From Felis catus (Eukaryota), in NCBI RefSeq assembly GCF_018350175.1, contig NC_058368.1, positions 1,922,001-1,986,000 on the forward strand: a stretch of DNA of 64,000 nucleotides. The letters run 5' to 3'. The position numbers were made by a program, and so were the translations under genes. Of this stretch, positions 62,505 to 64,000 are shown in pieces; the stretch's first letter is position 1; each line of letters starts with the position of its first letter. The notes under the pieces are model-generated. The model ran no database searches. It saw only the letters and a program-made list of their open reading frames with translations, and had not been told where the DNA came from.

Positions 62505-62725
62505 GGGGCGCCTGGGTGGCGCAGTCGGTTAAGCGTCCGACTTCAGCCAGGTCATGATCTCGCGGTCCGTGAGTTCAAGCCCCGCGTCAGGCTCTGGGCT
62601 GAGGGCTCAGAGCCTGGAGCCTGTTTCCGATTCTGTGTCTCCCTCTCTCTCTGCCCCTCCCCCGTTCATGCTCTGTCTCTCTCTGTCCCAAAAATAAATA
62701 AAAACGTTGAAAAAAATTAAAAAAA
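62505..62725 (+). mobile_element. Young felid Can-SINE
   Basis: Perfect TSD AAAAGTTTATTACA. Confidence 0.96.
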
Positions 62726-63946
62726 AAAGTTTATTACAAATGATGGAAATGCTAGAAGAAATAACATAGAAGACATGGGGGTTGTGTCTGGGGAGCAAGA
62801 AATGGCAAGAGATGGACAGAGACTTTTTTTTAGTCATACAACTTTTTAAAAACTATACACATTTATTGTTTATAAAATTTAAAATTAGCTTTAAACAAAA
62901 AAGAAGACATTACTCATCACTGAAACCAGTGGTCTTAAAACTTGTTTTGTTTAGAATGCTTTTTTGGGAAATCTCATGCAAGATAAAAGCACAGTTAATA
63001 TATGACAGAAGCAGGGGGCAGAGACCCTCTTGCCCTAGCAGCCTCTGAGACAACCCTTAGAAGCCACTAATTCTTAAGAAGAATTTAAAAATTGGACTCT
63101 CTCTGACCCATGTTACTAATAAATCTGCAGAAGTTCTAACTTACCCAAAGTTATACAAAGCTGGGCTTTAGAATCAAAAAACCCCAGACTCCCTACCTAA
63201 GACTCTTTCACGTATACGGTCCTGCTTCAGAAATTTAAAAACAAAAGACACAGAGGCATCAATTAAAGCCAGTTCCTTTTTAGAGACAGGGAAAATGTAG
63301 ACACCTTTGATCCTGTTGGTGTAGGAGTTAGAGGCCAGTGGAAAGAAATAAATGAGTGTTGAGGCTTTCACAAGAGGCAAGGGACAATAAGGTCAAAGGA
63401 GAAAGAGAGGAAGTTAAGAGGTTGGCGTTATTACGCCGAGAGTGGCAACTAGGTATTATCTCAAGTACCTAGTTTGATCAAGCGATAAGATTTACTCCAA
63501 GCACTGAGTTGGATTTTGAGGCCGAGTCTGGGTTCAGCTGGAAGGTGTATCTTGATTGATTAGTGACGTCTGGCAAGAAAAGTAAGAGATTGCTGTGGTA
63601 GATGTGCTACGTATCTGCTATTCTTGTCTTATTTCTACAAGCTGTCATGATCCTTTTGGAGACATTAGGCACCAGCTTCAAGAAATAGGAAAACAGCGAT
63701 GCTGGGAAGTACCACATAGAGCAGCAAAGCAGCAAAGGAATAGGCAATGACGCTGCTGAACCAAAGACAAGTTGGGACGCACTGTAGATTTTTAGTTAAC
63801 TGCTCCTTGAGGAATAATGTGGTCTCTCCCTTGCCCAAGTGTAAATGACACATAAGAGATGAAGGGTAACTTACTTATCCTAAAATTCAGCAAGATGTTT
63901 GTCGATGCAGTGATTAATGCAAAACTAGAGAACTATTCTCTCGGAT

Positions 63947-64000
63947 CTGAGCTATCCAATATGGCAGCCATTAACCACATGTCGCTACTGAGCATGTGAA
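63947..64000. mobile_element. MER3/MER33-like element start (runs off the window)
   Basis: GCTATCCAATATGGCAGCCATTAACCACATGT.GCTACTGAGCA. Confidence 0.65.

Noticed and set aside
63174..63900. Possible 3' end of LATS2 (the neighbour of XPO4 in human)
   Set aside because: No LATS2 peptide or recognisable terminal exon is seen; the gene presumably lies beyond the window.
1..64000. CRISPR arrays, rRNA/tRNA genes or prokaryote-like systems
   Set aside because: None seen. The dispersed repeats are SINEs, not regularly spaced repeat-spacer arrays.

Overview
This is mammalian genomic DNA, almost certainly felid, judged by about 50 carnivore tRNA-derived Can-SINEs including a young CpG-intact subfamily. 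The only protein-coding gene recognised is XPO4 (exportin-4) on the minus strand. Its first coding exon (12786-12718, MMAAALGPPEVIAQLENAAKVLM) lies in a CpG island, and bases 1-12717 are intron 1. The other ~51 kb is upstream/intergenic and dominated by transposable elements: SINEs, L1s of several ages (one retains its 5' end), MIR/L2, hAT and Tigger DNA transposons and a MER21-like LTR. It also holds an apparently full-length processed pseudogene of GCSH (54613-56068, minus strand) nested in an old L1. I found no evidence of a genuinely new biological system. The points most worth checking are retrotransposition oddities (a target site used twice, a SINE 3' transduction, an orphan polyadenylated insert, an L1-L1 fusion), an in-frame uORF overlapping a ZNF143-like motif at the XPO4 start, and candidate CTCF/enhancer sites. 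Repeat family names come from recalled consensus sequences, not database searches. Repeat boundaries are approximate, and only some of the SINE/MIR/L2 copies are listed individually.
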